Part shown: in pieces, positions 63,841-64,000 of the stretch
Layout of the letters: the number at the start of each line of letters is the position of its first letter
Numbering within the stretch: the stretch's first letter is position 1
NCBI GenBank assembly: GCA_003331605.1
Contig: QOPD01000002.1
Coordinates: 118,188-182,187, forward strand
DNA length: 64,000 nucleotides
Source of the DNA: SAR86 cluster bacterium
GTDB lineage: Bacteria; Pseudomonadota; Gammaproteobacteria; Magnimaribacterales; TMED112
Direction: 5' to 3'
Translations under genes and position numbers: made by a program
Notes under the pieces: model-generated
Told to the model about the DNA's origin: nothing
The model's input: the letters and a program-made list of their open reading frames with translations, nothing else
The model's database searches: none

Positions 63841-64000
63841 TGATTACTAATCTACAAGAGGCTTATGTTATCCATGCTAAAGCCTATAAAGAAACAAGCA
63901 TGTTGGTAACTTTCTTTACTAAAAATGACGGAAAGGTAAGCGCAATTGCCAAAGGAGCAAAAAGGCCAAAATCCAAATTTTCAGGAACACTTGAACCATT
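63840..64000 (+). CDS. recO: DNA repair protein RecO (N-terminal part; runs off the right edge)
   Basis: Not in track. ATG 63840 overlaps the era stop (TAATG). MITNLQEAYVIHAKAYKETSMLVTFFTKNDGKVSAIAKGAKRPKSKF matches the RecO N-terminal OB-fold pattern and the era-recO synteny. Confidence 0.75.
   Translation, partial: MITNLQEAYVIHAKAYKETSMLVTFFTKNDGKVSAIAKGAKRPKSKFSGTLEP

Overview
This is an AT-rich (about one-third G+C by eye), extremely gene-dense core chromosomal segment from a streamlined gammaproteobacterium. A SAR86-like marine lineage is only a guess, based on low GC, compaction and Pseudomonas/E. coli-type synteny. I call about 62 CDS, nearly all housekeeping genes in classical syntenic blocks: bepA/perM/bcp/dapA-bamC-purC; iscSUA-fdx-iscX-ndk-ispG-hisS-yfgM-bamB-der; sdhCDAB-sucAB-lpdA-sucCD; pdxB-msrB-murJ-ribF-ileS-lspA-ispH-dadA-like-ampD-ampG; groESL; rpsP-rimM-trmD-rplS-xerD-dsbC-prfB-lysS; mdh; nrdAB; serA-like; ung; ygfZ/sdhE; and rpoE-antisigma-degP-lepA-lepB-era-recO. 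I found no rRNA, tRNA, CRISPR array, transposase, phage gene or obvious accessory island. I see no convincing new multi-gene (defence or biosynthetic) system here. The items worth a second look are smaller. (1) A single ORF looks like an RseA N-domain fused to an RseB C-domain, replacing rseABC/mucABC. (2) An AmpG permease is fused in frame to a VanZ-like module. (3) A perfect inverted pair of DnaA boxes sits in the largest spacer of the window. (4) Tandem NrdR boxes plus a DnaA box lie upstream of nrdA. (5) A near-perfect 7x15-bp in-frame tandem repeat gives S16 an (EEAPA)7 tail. (6) Two genes (rimM and an acyltransferase) have a conserved N-terminus upstream of any canonical start codon. (7) Several deletions relative to conserved operons are visible: iscR and hscBA, rlmN-rodZ, fkpB, rnc and rseC. 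(8) By my hand tally only about 2% of the window is non-coding. All functional calls come from reading the translations and from remembered family motifs and synteny. No database search was run.
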